Positions 41,286 to 53,842 of a stretch of 64,000 bases of DNA are shown here, one piece after another. Each line of letters starts with the position of its first letter. The first letter of the stretch is position 1. The notes under the pieces were generated by a model, which did no database searches, was not told where the DNA came from, and saw only the letters and a list, made by a program, of their open reading frames with translations. Made by a program: the position numbers and the translations under genes. Origin of the DNA: Amoebidium appalachense (lineage: Eukaryota; Protista; Ichthyosporea); assembly GCA_963693365.1 (NCBI GenBank), contig CAVNZM010000008.1, forward strand, positions 7,574,830 to 7,638,829, read 5' to 3'.

Positions 41286-43098
41286 GTCGTAAAAAAAAAG
41301 AAGAAGAAGCTGAAGTGTAGAAAACGAGGAGGAGAGCGCAAGCCTTACCTTAAGTTACTAGATTGCCCCATCTGGCCACGGGGATGTCTAAGCTACAATC
41401 TGTAAGGAACCTATCTACTTAACTTATCCAATGGCAGAGCCCGCCCGGAGTTCACGTAAACCCTGCCAACAGAGTAGTCTTTCGATAGATTACTCAAGGG
41501 CAATACAGAACTCGCTTGAACACGAGAGTAGTCCCAGACAAGCCCGCCCGGAGTTCACGTAAACCTGCCTAGGAAATCTAACGGTCAAGCAAGATAGCCT
41601 AGCTGTAACAGGGCACGCAAAAGAGAAGACACAGGCAGTGTGTGTTCCAACGAGAAAAGATGCTACAATGCTCAGCAACAGCCGCAGTGAAAGCTCGTGA
41701 CGATGGCCAACCAGGGAAACTTCTCGGCGTCCTACTCAACCACCAAACCACCCCAAACGCACGCCACGGAGTGACCAAGTTCTTGCCGCATTTCCGAGAA
41801 GGATGCAGAGATGGAGATAACATAGAAGGAGACAAGCAAGGACCCAATCAACCCCCAAAGCGAGAAGCACTCGCGGCCACCATAGTAGCCACCATCATGC
41901 TGTGCCCTCGGAGAAACATGATGATGACACCAGATGGAGAGAGGTAGCACACCAGCATATCACAACCGCGTGCCGAAGGCAATCGTAGTGGAACTCAACC
42001 CGCAAGAATACACCTGCTCGTTGCAACTTGCATGGCCAGGAGATAGAGGCCTGAGGAACATAGAGTCAATGATGATTCCATGGCGACACGCATGCATGCA
42101 CACGCATACAGGGACACACATGTGCGCGGGACTGTGTAGTGTGTACGTACACATGTACACAAATTTAAACGCATGACATAATTTATTATTGAAGCCAAAA
42201 GCTACTGATAATAACACTTTTGCCACGCTGCCGCTGAATTTTGAGTTTCTCCTTGCCCATTTCATATGCATCCACTGGGCTACTATTCATAGATCTAGAT
42301 CTACTATCTACTGCCCATGATCCCCGCCCCCCCCCCCCCCCCCCCTTTCCGAGCTCCTTCCCTCCTATTATTCTCCCCCCCCCCCCCCCCCCCCCCCCGA
42401 GCTCCCCCCATCCCCCCAACCATTGTCACGTGCACACACACCGTGACACACACACACACGCACACACACATACACTAGAACACACGTGCCACACACACAC
42501 TGAGACACACACACACACACACTGGCACACATAAACACACACACGGACGCACACACACATACACACACACACACACCGTCACACACTGACACGTACACAC
42601 ACACACACACACACACATGTAAACAGTTGGACTAGTTAGGATAAGGCAGAGTACAACTGAATCAAAATAAAGACAGAGAACGGGTAGAAAGGCACACGCG
42701 GCCAGGTTGCTTTTACTATGGGCCGACTCAGTCTGTCTCAAGACTTCACTGATGTGATCCCCGTACTGGGACGGCTTTGTTATATAGCCCCCAGGTTTCG
42801 GATCAAGGCCCAGGATTGGTTCATCCGCGGCCAGCGCGGGTGGCAACATGCCATTCGTGATTCTGGTGCGGTCCGAGCCAGTCAGACCTTTGTCCTATTT
42901 ATGCAAACATCTTATTGGTCCACTTCGTTTATGTGGTATGCAGCGGTAGAACCATATATGGTTCACTTCTTAGGTAAGATTGATTCCTATTGGTGCGGAC
43001 ATAATATTTATGTGATATTCGTGACAAAGCACGAATCGTGTGCTAGTACATCACATTCTTTAGTAAACATGTACAGTTCATGTGTACAGTTGTTTACA

Positions 43099-43109
43099 CT
43101 CCCCCCCTT
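43099..43109 (-). other. Polypurine tract (AAGGGGGGGAG) abutting the 3' LTR
   Basis: Purine run immediately 5' of TGTAAACAAC on the minus strand. Confidence 0.85.
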
Positions 43110-43559
43110 GTCGGGAGCCTGGTGATGTCGTTAGACAAGCAAACCACCAGGCTGAGAGGCGATAAACAACCTTCAGCGAGAATTCTTGTGTGTGCCGAGC
43201 TGCTGGACAGAACAGAGCAAGGACGGTGGAATAGATTTGTGCACGTCTATGAGCACTTCTTCATTTGCCAAAACACAAATTCATGCAGCATTCTTCTGTG
43301 TTTTCATTTTCGTGGCGAAGATTGTTGCAGAGTGTGCGTGCAATTTGTTCGCTTCGTCTCTGTGCTTGGCTTTTTCTGTAGAAGTAATATTTTCCTTTTT
43401 GGGGAATTTTCCTTTTTAGGACACTCCCGCAGATTCGTTTTCAATTGCGCGTAATTTAGTTGTGTGGATGAATGATCATACCAAACATTCGATAATGAAT
43501 ATAACTCAAGCCTTAGGTCACTTCGTACTCAGGTAGTGGTGGATAGCTTCAAGGCTTAG

Positions 43560-43830
43560 CCACTGCTCCTTATCCCGGTTCTACCTTAAGACTGTAAGGC
43601 GAGTCACCATGGCCGGAAAAGCCACTTCTTTCATGAACAAAGAGCACTTCTTTCCTTTCAGCTTTAACCCTGCATCATCGGAGCCGGGAATAACATGAAT
43701 AAAAATGCCCTAAGTGTTCTTCGTTGGGCGACATAAAGAAATATATCAGCCCGTCAGAACCAGTAAAAACCCGGTTCATAATTCATAAGAAGAGGGTAGG
43801 CAAAGCAAGCCTTCTTCAGAAAACACATGC
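43560..43830 (-). pseudogene. Heavily decayed Ty3/gypsy RT fragment
   Basis: Manual translation across stops and shifts: PTLFL*IMNRVF...EEHLGHF...RLDDAGLKLKGKKCSLFMKEVAF-GH, resembling the gypsy pattern EEHLEHL...RLREAGLKLKPEKC.F...EV.FLGH; the YxDD motif is lost. Confidence 0.75.
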
Positions 43831-45739
43831 TTCCATTCGTGAGCAGTTTTCGGATCCCATTTGCCAGCCATTTTCGTTGAGCAGGGGGATTCCAGGCATA
43901 ATACATTCCTATGGAGGCTTGGCCTAAAAAGAAAAGTCGTCACAGTCGCCCTTTCCTTTGTAAGCAACTTCGTGAGCGCGCTCCGTGTTTTCATATCCTC
44001 CAGTGCAGGTCTGGATGGTGCCCCATCCTCTGCTTCATTTGTAGGTGGCCCTACTGTTGGTTCTGTTCGTTGTGTGGAAAACCAAAACCATTCGTGTTCG
44101 TGGAACTGCTTTGTGCTGTGCTTTCTTTCGTGTTGGTGTTCATGGAGTTACCCCATTCACACACCTACTACTTTCATACATCAGACGTAAGTAGCTGCCT
44201 GGGGAGTGTGTGGTTCGTGTTCGTGACATTCTTCTGTTCCTTCGTGAGAAGAATATTCGTTTTAGCAGAGGTGCCCAATAAGGCAGCTTGTGGGGTTGTC
44301 TCCCGCATGTGCCCATTGGTGGGGTATGCACGTGCTAAATTGTTACAGTGTCATCATATTGCAAGGGAATAACATGGTCACCTCCGTACCAGGGCCTAGG
44401 TACACATGATGGTCCGATGTGTTAGTCAACAACACCTTGCATTCGTATTCGTATTTGTCTTCCACGTCACTTTCTTCAGTAGTGAAGGAGGGTATTCGTA
44501 ATTCGAAACTGAAAGGCTTCCAGCCAAAATACTGACGCTGTATGCTGGGGTTGTGAGGGAACGGTGCCCATACCACATTCTTTTGTTTTCTTTATTCTGG
44601 TGGGGGTGTGCCGGCAGCAATTTTAATTTGCATGCAGGTATTCCAGGCTTTACAGCATAGTTCGTATGTTATAGTATTTGTACAGTATTGCCACACACTG
44701 GCAGTTACCTGTAAATTCGTACCCCACAGCTTCGTTTGTTTCGCATGCACGAACAAAAGTTCTGCATCGACTTTATTACATGCCTTCTGTGCACCAAGAG
44801 TGCAAATTCGTTGTTGCATGGCACCAGGAAGGGCCATACATGAGCCATATGTTCGTAATGTGTTTAGGCATGCCAGCATACATTCATGCGCATGTTGTGC
44901 ATCCTGTGCGCTAAACTATGGGGCATGCTGTATTCGACAACAGCAAGAAATTCGAAGCATGCATGCAAAACTACTTTCACAGCACCTTATGTCCTACATG
45001 CTATAGGAACAGCGACTATCTTCTTCTTTAAATGCATTCGTGCTGAAAGTGGCCGTGCATCTGGGTTGCGAGTGTGGACGTGCACGTGGTGGCATGGACA
45101 CGATGACAGTGTGCAATAGTGCAATGCACGCAAGGGCAACGGTTTTCTTTTCTTCGTAACATAGAGGGGGCCGTGTGCATTGCAACCTAAGCAGTGTTGT
45201 GCATTCGTTCTTTTCATTTTCGTGTTTCCATTTCATTTTGCTTTCGTTTTTCGTTTTTTGTCGTTTGATAACTTTACTTCGTTTTGTTTTCGTGTTGCAT
45301 TCATTTCGTATTTCCTCTATGCATTCGTTTGTCGTTAATTCTTTATTTCATTGTGTATTCGTGATGGTTCGTTTTTCGTTGGTTCATTGCTTCGTTAGCA
45401 ATTCTTTATTCGTTTGTTCGTGTATTCGTTGTTTCGTTGTGTATTCGTTTTTCTTCACATTTTTTTTGTGTCGTAGCAAAAGCCGTTTTACATGCTTTCA
45501 ATTCTTTCCGTGTAGGTGGGCTGGCCACTTCAAACTTGTCGGTGTATATATTCTAAGTCGGACAAGGAAAGATGTACCTATCATCGTGGTAAAAAGGATT
45601 TGTGATCGGCCATGGCAGATTCTTGGGGTAATTGAAAGATGTGAGATTCTTGAGCTGATTGAAAGATGTGAGATTCGAAGGATGCGAGATTCTTGAACTG
45701 CGCGGTCGCCAATGTAAACAGTTGGCAATGTATAACAGT

Positions 45740-45757
45740 GTCCTGCCGCGGTCGCCA
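45740..45757 (-). other. Primer-binding site complementary to a tRNA 3' end, probably tRNA-Arg(UCG)
   Basis: Minus strand TGGCGACCGCGGCAGGAC, 1 nt after the 5' LTR. Its complement GTCCTGCCGCGGTCG-CCA matches the 3' end of eukaryotic tRNA-Arg(TCG) as I recall it. Confidence 0.85.
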
Positions 45758-46238
45758 ATGTAAACAGTTGGACTAGTTAGGATAAGGCAGAGTACAACTG
45801 AATCAAAATAAAGACAGAGAACGGGTAGAAAGGCACACGCGGCCAGGTTGCTTTTACTATGGGCCGACTCAGTCTGTCTCAAGACTTCACTGATGTGATC
45901 CCCGTACTGGGACGGCTTTGTTATATAGCCCCCAGGTTTCGGATCAAGGCCCAGGATTGGTTCATCCGCGGCCAGCGCGGGTGGCAACATGCCATTCGTG
46001 ATTCTGGTGCGGTCCGAGCCAGTCAGACCTTTGTCCTATTTATGCAAACATCTTATTGGTCCACTTCGTTTATGTGGTATGCAGCGGTAGAACCATATAT
46101 GGTTCACTTCTTAGGTAAGATTGATTCCTATTGGTGCGGACATAATATTTATGTGATATTCGTGACAAAGCACGAATCGTGTGCTAGTACATCACATTCT
46201 TTAGTAAACATGTACAGTTCATGTGTACAGTTGTTTAC

Positions 46239-46281
<43 letters not shown>

Positions 46282-46862
46282 ACACACACGCGCGCGCACA
46301 CACTGACACACACACGCAAACACACACACACATTTGCCCCACCCATCATCACTACGGTGCTACCGCTCTCTCCTACTTAGAAAAAGTTTGCGGCACTTAA
46401 CAAGTCCGGATCCAAGCCAGGCTTGAACTTCGAATTCAAGCATTCAAATTCAAGCATTCCAATATCATTCATATCATTCAATATTCCCAGCCCACGCTTT
46501 TGCCACTGCCGGTGACGGTCACCATCAATAAATGGCAACCAATCCAGCATAGATGGGTGCATGATCCCGATAAAATCAATTAAAACTCCACCGTGTCAAT
46601 CATTACGACTGTGTGCAAGCGTTGCACTAAGCTTCATTATGTTTTGATTTGGACACAGGCAGGGGAAGGACGCATGGAACCATGGGCATATGTCACTGGG
46701 GAAAGATTCCGGAGGGGAAGTGGGGAAGGTGATGGGGCCCCGGGGGGTGGGGGGTGGGGGATGGGGGGGGGGGGGGGGGGGGGGAGGGCTGTGACTGCGG
46801 CTTGAGTCACATCAACAAATGTGCCACATGTACAGGCGCTGTTCAGCACCAGCTTGGCCCGT

Positions 46863-46903
<41 letters not shown>

Positions 46904-47119
46904 CCCAAGAAAAAAACAAAAAGCAAAAAGAAGAACTGGACACACACACTCACTGTCACAGTCACACACACACCGTGGCACACATACACACACACACACA
47001 CACACACATGCACACACATGCACACACACACACATGGACACACGCACACACATAAAAACACACGTGCGCACGCGCGCGCACACACACACACACACCCACA
47101 CAGTGACACGCCCTGCACA

Positions 47120-47163
<44 letters not shown>

Positions 47164-47168
47164 TGTGT

Positions 47169-47199
<31 letters not shown>

Positions 47200-47444
47200 A
47201 CTCACTCACACTCACTCGCATACAGACAGACACACACTCTACACACACACACAAACACAGGCACTGCGCGCGCACACACACAGGGTCACACGTGCACACA
47301 CACATGCACACACACAAGCATGCACACACATACGCACACACGCACACTCACTGGCACACCCACCTACACACATACACACACACAGCTCACACACACACCG
47401 TCACCGTACACACACTAACATCTACGAGCACACACAAACACACA

Positions 47445-47483
<39 letters not shown>

Positions 47484-47524
47484 CTCACACACACACCGTC
47501 ACCCTACACACACGAACACCTACG

Positions 47525-47564
<40 letters not shown>

Positions 47565-48405
47565 TGTACACACACTTATGTGATAGCCTATACCCTGGGA
47601 AAAATTTGTACTAATAGTTAAAATAGGCCTGTGAATGATGGTTTATCTTAGCTGAGCACATAGATAGCACCCTAACTAGCTAATGTACTGTCGGTGCTGT
47701 GTGGTAGACGGTAGTTCCCTCGCTCGAGGGCCTGCAAAGGTCCTCCAGGAACAAAACCAGATAAAATAAAAAAATACATCCACTGTCCTTCTTTCTTTCT
47801 CCGGCCACTCCCGGCCACCACAACTAGCCACCGAAACCTTAAGCTTTCCTCCAGGACCTTACCCTACAACTCCCCGTCCCAGAGCATACATAATACAAGC
47901 CTTAGGTACGTGATTTCGATTATATTGTTCGTGATTTCATTGAATGGGCCATCAGTCCGGAGATTTCGGGTTTTTGCGACGGAATTATCCCTTGCCTGGG
48001 GCATCCGCTGGCTGTTGACATTCCATGCTCCTCTGTGTGTAGTTGCCCTCCCCCCCCCCCACCCCCCCCCACCCCCCCACCCCACTCCCCCCTGGCCCCC
48101 TCGGTCCCCCTGTCCTCCCTCCACCCCTTCCCCCCCCCCCCCCCCCCCCCCCCCCTCCAACACCACCACCACCACCACCACCAAAGACAACGTATCATTA
48201 GTGTGCACGGGTTAGAACAATTCACCTCCACACTCCTGATCTATGATGACACAATCACCGCATGCATGCGTCCTGATCACGTACGTATACCACATTTCGT
48301 GCGCTAGTACGCATACAGACTAATATTAGATAGAAAGTCTTAGTATCAAACCAACTTATAATCGTATTTATTGAAACTGTATTCATCTGTCGTATCTGAA
48401 TTGCA

Positions 48406-48951
48406 GTAGACCAATCATATTTTCCTGTTCCCATTCTCCGGAGGAATTTTCTGGTACCAGGCGGCCGGTATGTGAATTTCTCCCTATGGGAAAGTTCACC
48501 TACAACATGTTCTACGCCATACACAACTTACATGAGTCTCAGTGCGTGTAAATTAAAGAGTGCGCCAATGTTACTCAGACAGCTGCACGGTACTTTTGTT
48601 TCTTCCCCCTCCCGCCCACGGCCCCTTTATCTCTCTTCCTCCCTCTCTCTCTCTAGATCTCTCGCCCTCTGTTCCCCCCCTCCCCCCCCCCCCCCCCCCC
48701 CCCCCCCCCCACGGTAACTCCCCCCCACCCCCTTACCCCCACCCCCCGCCGTCTCTCTCTCCTGCCCCCCCCCCTCCCCCCTTCCCCCCTCTCCGCCCCC
48801 CCTCCGGAGAGAAGGTGGGGGGTGGGGGGTGGGGGGTGGGCCCGCGGGAAGGGAAACAGCGGCGAGAGAGAGAGAGGAGGAGAGATAGGTGGGGTGTGGT
48901 GGTGGTGGTGGTGGTGTGTGTGTGGGGGGGGGGAGGGGGGGGGACTCGGAG

Positions 48952-48985
<34 letters not shown>

Positions 48986-49069
48986 CTCCTGACGCCCTCA
49001 CTGAAGGTTTCAGATTCGGCTGGGAACCAGAAAATTCTCGATGGGAACAGGGTATTGTGATTGGTCCAC
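48406..49069. repeat. Pair of ~50-bp diverged inverted repeats (48406-48460 and 49020-49069), possibly an old MITE
   Basis: gt.gaccaatca.a....cctgttcccat....gaattttctggt.ccag occurs in opposite orientations. Confidence 0.6.
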
Positions 49070-49389
49070 TAAAAACAGACACAATATTTTGAATCTACTA
49101 CCCGCCTCCCCAGCCTCTCTGTCAAGGCTTCTCCCCTCCCACCCCCCCCCCCCTCCCCCCTTGCTCTTCCCCCCCCCCCCCCCCCTCCCACCCCCCCCCT
49201 CTCGGCCCCTCATTCAGTGCCTCTATCTCTCTCTCTCCCCCTCCCCCCCCCTCTCAGTTCAATCCCTCCCCCCTCCCCCTCCCCTCTATCAGTTCAATCC
49301 CCCCCCCCCCCCTCCCCCCTCTCCCTCTCTATCTCTACTTTTCGATCTCTCTTTCTCAGGGCCTAAACACACCGTCAGTGTCAGCTCGC

Positions 49390-49635
49390 GAGCAGAATTG
49401 TCTTTTTAGCAGAAACATTCTGCTAAAGGCAGAATAATTCAGCAAAGGCAGAATAATTCTGCACAAGAAGAATTATTCTGCTAAAAGCAGATGTATTCTG
49501 GTAAAAGCAGAATTGTTCAGCAAACAGCACAATCAATTATTTCTGCTAAAAGTACATTCTGCTTGGAGCAAGCTTATCGTTCTGCCCTGAGATGATTAAT
49601 TTTCCTTGCCGCTGAAATTCTGCTGCGAGCAGAAA
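49390..49635. repeat. Degenerate minisatellite of ~19-20-bp palindromic units (GCAGAATAATTCTGC + TAAAA)
   Basis: About 8-10 diverged units, each an inverted repeat GCAGAA-N3-TTCTGC. Confidence 0.8.
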
Positions 49636-49721
49636 GTCTCCTAAAGGCAAATAATAATAACTCTGGTTTTTGCCGGAGCAAGTTGACTCCGCCGATGTGG
49701 TTGTGCCTTTTTTCTTCCCCC

Positions 49722-49766
<45 letters not shown>

Positions 49767-50491
49767 CTCTCTTTCGCTCGGACACTCAGATCGCTTTCTC
49801 TCTTCCTCTCGGTCTCGGTCTCTCTGTGTCTGTCTCTCTCCCTCCCCCCCTCCCCTCCCCCCCCCCCCCCCCCCCCCCTATCCCTTCCTTGTTAGCCTCC
49901 TTTCACACCGTCCTTCCCCCTTCCCCTCCCCCCTTACCCCCCCCCCCCTCCCCCCCCCCCCCACACGATATGACTGCAAAAAGCTGATTGGTGCAGAAAG
50001 AGGGTGCAAGCACTGTAGGTAATTGGGTCGGGTCAGACCCGAATGGGGTTTATGCGATATCATTGGCTTGGTGCGTATCAAACAGCATTTCGCCTGACCA
50101 AGGGGGGAGGGAGGGGGGGGGGGAGGGGGGGCAGGGGGTGCTCGATCCCTCTCACCCTTTGTCACTCTTCCCTCCTCAAGCTATGCTATCACTATCTCTG
50201 TGAAGGTGCTCTGTTGCCTAAATGGAGAAGACCTACCTGCATGTGCCAGGTTTGTACTAGCACTTACACATGCAAACACGTGCGCAGGTAGCTGGTTAAC
50301 TCCCGGTCACCCAATTGACCGTTCGCAAGAGGGGATGTGTGTGTCTTTCTGTTTCTCTGTGGTTGTGTGTGTGTTTGTGTGTGTGTGTGTGCGCGTGCGT
50401 GTGCGTGTGTGCGTGTGCGTGTGGCGTGTGTGCATGTGCATGTGCGTGTGCGTGCGTGCGTGCGTGCGTGCGTGAGTGCGTGCGTGCGCGC

Positions 50492-50526
<35 letters not shown>

Positions 50527-51524
50527 TGTGTGTGTGTGTGTGCGTGCTTGTGTTTGTGTTTTTTTTTTTTTTTTTTCCCCTTTTGTGGGGGGGGGGGGGG
50601 GGGGGGGGGGGGGGAGAGAGGGCAATGAACAGGAATAATAAATTAAGTGGCAGGGATATCTGACTCTGCACCTGTGAAATTAAGGGGATCGCTCGGGAAT
50701 TTGTGGGTTGTTAGTGCCTTGAGGCTTCACAATGATACAGCACAATATGACGTCAAGTTTATGGATCGGCAAAATGATAGTTCAATGATTGGATCTTTTT
50801 CAGGCTACCTATTGTGTGCAATTTTCCAGTTTAAAAATTCCAATCTCCATAATATAAGGGAACGTGGGGAATCGTGCGGATATTACGGCTTGGTTGCAAA
50901 ACCCTTTAATACTTGAAGATATTCTGCGCTTTTGTGGGCGCCTTTGGTATTAAGGCTGTTGAATATAACTGGAAAGACATCAATAGATGTACATATATTC
51001 GTACATCAGATTCTACCTTGGTGCAGTGGTTGTATCTACATCTAATGTCATTGATATGCATTTCTGCGTATTTATACCTAGTGTTTTTATATACACTCTG
51101 TTGTCCCGCTTAGATAATACACGTTTTGCATGCCTAACAAGTAACCGTATGTATGCACATACATGCTATTCGAGTTCAAATTGAAAGAAGAAAAAAAAGT
51201 TTCCACGGTTAGGTGTTTCCGCTAGCATTCAAATGAGCAAGTCTTTTGTACAAACTGTTAGGTAATACTATGGAGATGGGTAGAGATGCACCTAAATACA
51301 GCACCAATACACTGTCAGTATGATATTGCTATTATTAGATAATTGTTGTGGGAAGATGGCCATAACCATGCTGTGTCTGCACCTGGTTTTCGCTGCCGTC
51401 CATCTATCAACTAATGTAAAACTTTATGGTAGATTTCTGAATATATAACCTCCCCCCCCCACCCCTCCCCCCGCACACCTCTCCCCCCCCCCCCCCCCCC
51501 CCGCCTCCCTCCCCCCCCCCCCTA

Positions 51525-51562
<38 letters not shown>

Positions 51563-51709
51563 CTGAGAGCCAAACCCTTGGCATCCCATGTTCCACTCTT
51601 TAATCTCCCCCCCCCCCTCCCCCCCTTTCCCCTTGGTACACATCATCTCCCTCCCCCCCCCCCCCCCCTCTCCCCCCCTCCCCACACACATACCCATCTA
51701 CCAATCAGA

Positions 51710-52603
51710 TCACAATGTTCCGTCTGCGATCCGAATAATCTCCTCAATCTCCCTAGCAACCACATCCGGGTCCAGCTTTTCCGATTGGCTCATGAGCCCC
51801 GACTGGGACGTCTCCATCCTCCAATCATCTCCCAGGAGATCCCCCAACACGCCGGAACTTGGAAAACTTACCGGAGGCATTCTGTTCTCATACATGGCGG
51901 CGGGGTTTATGTCGTAATTCCAATCTGCGATGGTTTCCAAGTTGTTCATTGGTTGCTGGGGTGTGTACTCGGGTGTCAGCAATGAATTTTCATGCGGGGT
52001 TACTTTGCGTTTGGATGAGTGGAAACCTTGCACAGGGCCGCTCACGGTCGGAAACGCCGGCAAGGTGGGGTCTGTGAAAATGTCCAAAGTCGGGCAGGAG
52101 TACGAAAGACCGTCGCCCACATTAGGGCCTGAATTTGCGTGATTTTTTGACAATTCAGGAAAACCCACATAAGAATGTCGCTTACGGTCCGAAAACCTTT
52201 CGGAGCCACTGGGCATGGTCAAAAATACGGGGGACAGCGTCGGGCGGGTACTTGGGGCTGAAAGAGCTCTGCCCCTATTCGAAAATGTCGGAATTCGGGA
52301 ATAAATTTTCGGGGAATGGGGCGAAATATCGCTCAGGTCAATGTTTATCAGCATGTCCACCACAGATGACACCGAACTTGGGATTGGGGGTTCAATGGTG
52401 GGAATGGAGGTCTGCCGGGGGGATATGGCGGCGAGAAAATTGGAAACTTCGGCTTCTAGTTCGGTGGTGGAGGTGCTCTCCGTCTCCGTGTCTGCCTCGT
52501 GGTCGCTAAACTCCCTGTGACAACAAATTATGTTAACTTTCGTCCCCCCCCCCCCAAGACCATGGGAATTTTGGGCGGACGGGCGGCAACGGGGGGAGGG
52601 GGG

Positions 52604-52649
<46 letters not shown>

Positions 52650-52725
52650 CACTGAGTTGTTGTTGTTTGGGCCGGGGGGGGGGGGGGGGGGGGGGGGCAG
52701 AGAGCAAGGGATAGGGTCGGAAAAC

Positions 52726-52771
<46 letters not shown>

Positions 52772-53045
52772 CGTGTGTGTGTGTGTGTGTGTTGGGGGGT
52801 GGGTAGGTAGGGGGGCAGGAAAGGGGGGGGGGGGGGGGGGGGTAAAAGTATGAAAGTATTGAAGAACGAGCGGTTAAGAGTAAGAAAATGACGGTGAGGA
52901 GGGAGATAGAAGTAAACGGAGAGGGGGGTGGGGGGGGGGGGGGGGGGGGGGGGTGGGAGCTGGGGGGGGGGCCCGGGGGGGAAGGGGTGTTCAAGAGGCC
53001 GTGGGTTGAGGATGGTCCAGGATGTGGTTTGTGTGTGCGTGTGCG

Positions 53046-53121
<76 letters not shown>

Positions 53122-53842
53122 TGTGTGTGTGTACACGCTCGTGCGCATGCCTGTGTGTGCCGTGGTGTGTGTGTGCGTGTGTGTGTGCGCGCGCGCGCGC
53201 GTGTGTGGGCCTGTAGCGTGTGTGTGCATGTGTGTGTCTGTTTTCGGCGCGTCACACAGTTTGTGTCTGTGTGTGTTCGTGTGTTTGTGTGTATACGTGT
53301 TTTTAATCCTAGGGAGGGGTGGGGCCACGGGGGGGGGGGGGGGGGGGAGGAGCAGGAGGGGGGGGAAGGGGGGGGGTTACATTTCAGCGAATTTTTTCCC
53401 ATACTTCATCTCTCTTTCCTCGAGCCAATCCGAGTGTTTCAACCTCATGTGGTTGCCCAGACTCGGACGTCCGGTGTAGCTCCTACCACACACGGGGCAC
53501 TTGCGCTCCTTAAGTGCTCTGTAAGGTTTGTTTCGACGTGTTTTCTGTCTCGATTTGTGTGGTTGCTGAGCCCCGGAAGTAAATAAATTCGCGATTATGT
53601 CGGTGGCGGTGGGAGAAAGCGCTGGTGTTTGCTGTTGGGTCGATGAGAGTTGTCTTTGGAGATGGGTGTTATTGGAGGGGTGGAGCTGGGATAAACTCTC
53701 GCAGATTAGTTGCTCCAATTCTGTGTCTTCTCGTTGGTCTTGGTGTGCTTTTGGGGGGGGGGTTTGGGTGGTTTCCCGTGTGCACGTGTGTTTGTCGCTG
53801 CGCCTCAGTGGGACGGTTCTCGTTTTCTTTACGGTCGGTCAT
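51710..53842 (-). CDS. Single C2H2 zinc-finger protein, paralog 3; exons ~53842-53381 (1-nt shift in the G run at 53753-53762) and 52514-51710
   Basis: CPVCGRSYTGRPSLGNHMRLKH finger. Phase-2 donor GAAAT|GTAACC and acceptor TTAAC...TTGTCACAG|G join in frame to ORF 52372-51710, which ends LDPDVVAREIEEIIRIADGTL*. Start codon uncertain. Confidence 0.78.

Larger units (their letters stand above)
42618..46239 (-). mobile_element. Non-autonomous LTR retrotransposon (3.6 kb): 5' LTR 45759-46239, 3' LTR 42618-43098
   Basis: Two 481-bp direct LTRs with no difference seen by eye; TG...CA ends; 5-bp TSD ACACA within (CA)n; PBS and PPT at the expected positions; only decayed coding remnants inside. Confidence 0.95.

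Noticed and set aside
45175-45696. Hydrophobic 173-aa plus-strand ORF (env-like?)
   Set aside because: Antisense to an A-rich low-complexity leader of the LTR element; the hydrophobicity follows from T richness.
49390-49635. CRISPR-like appearance of palindromic repeats (also 34302-34793)
   Set aside because: No unique spacers of regular length, no cas genes, eukaryotic context.
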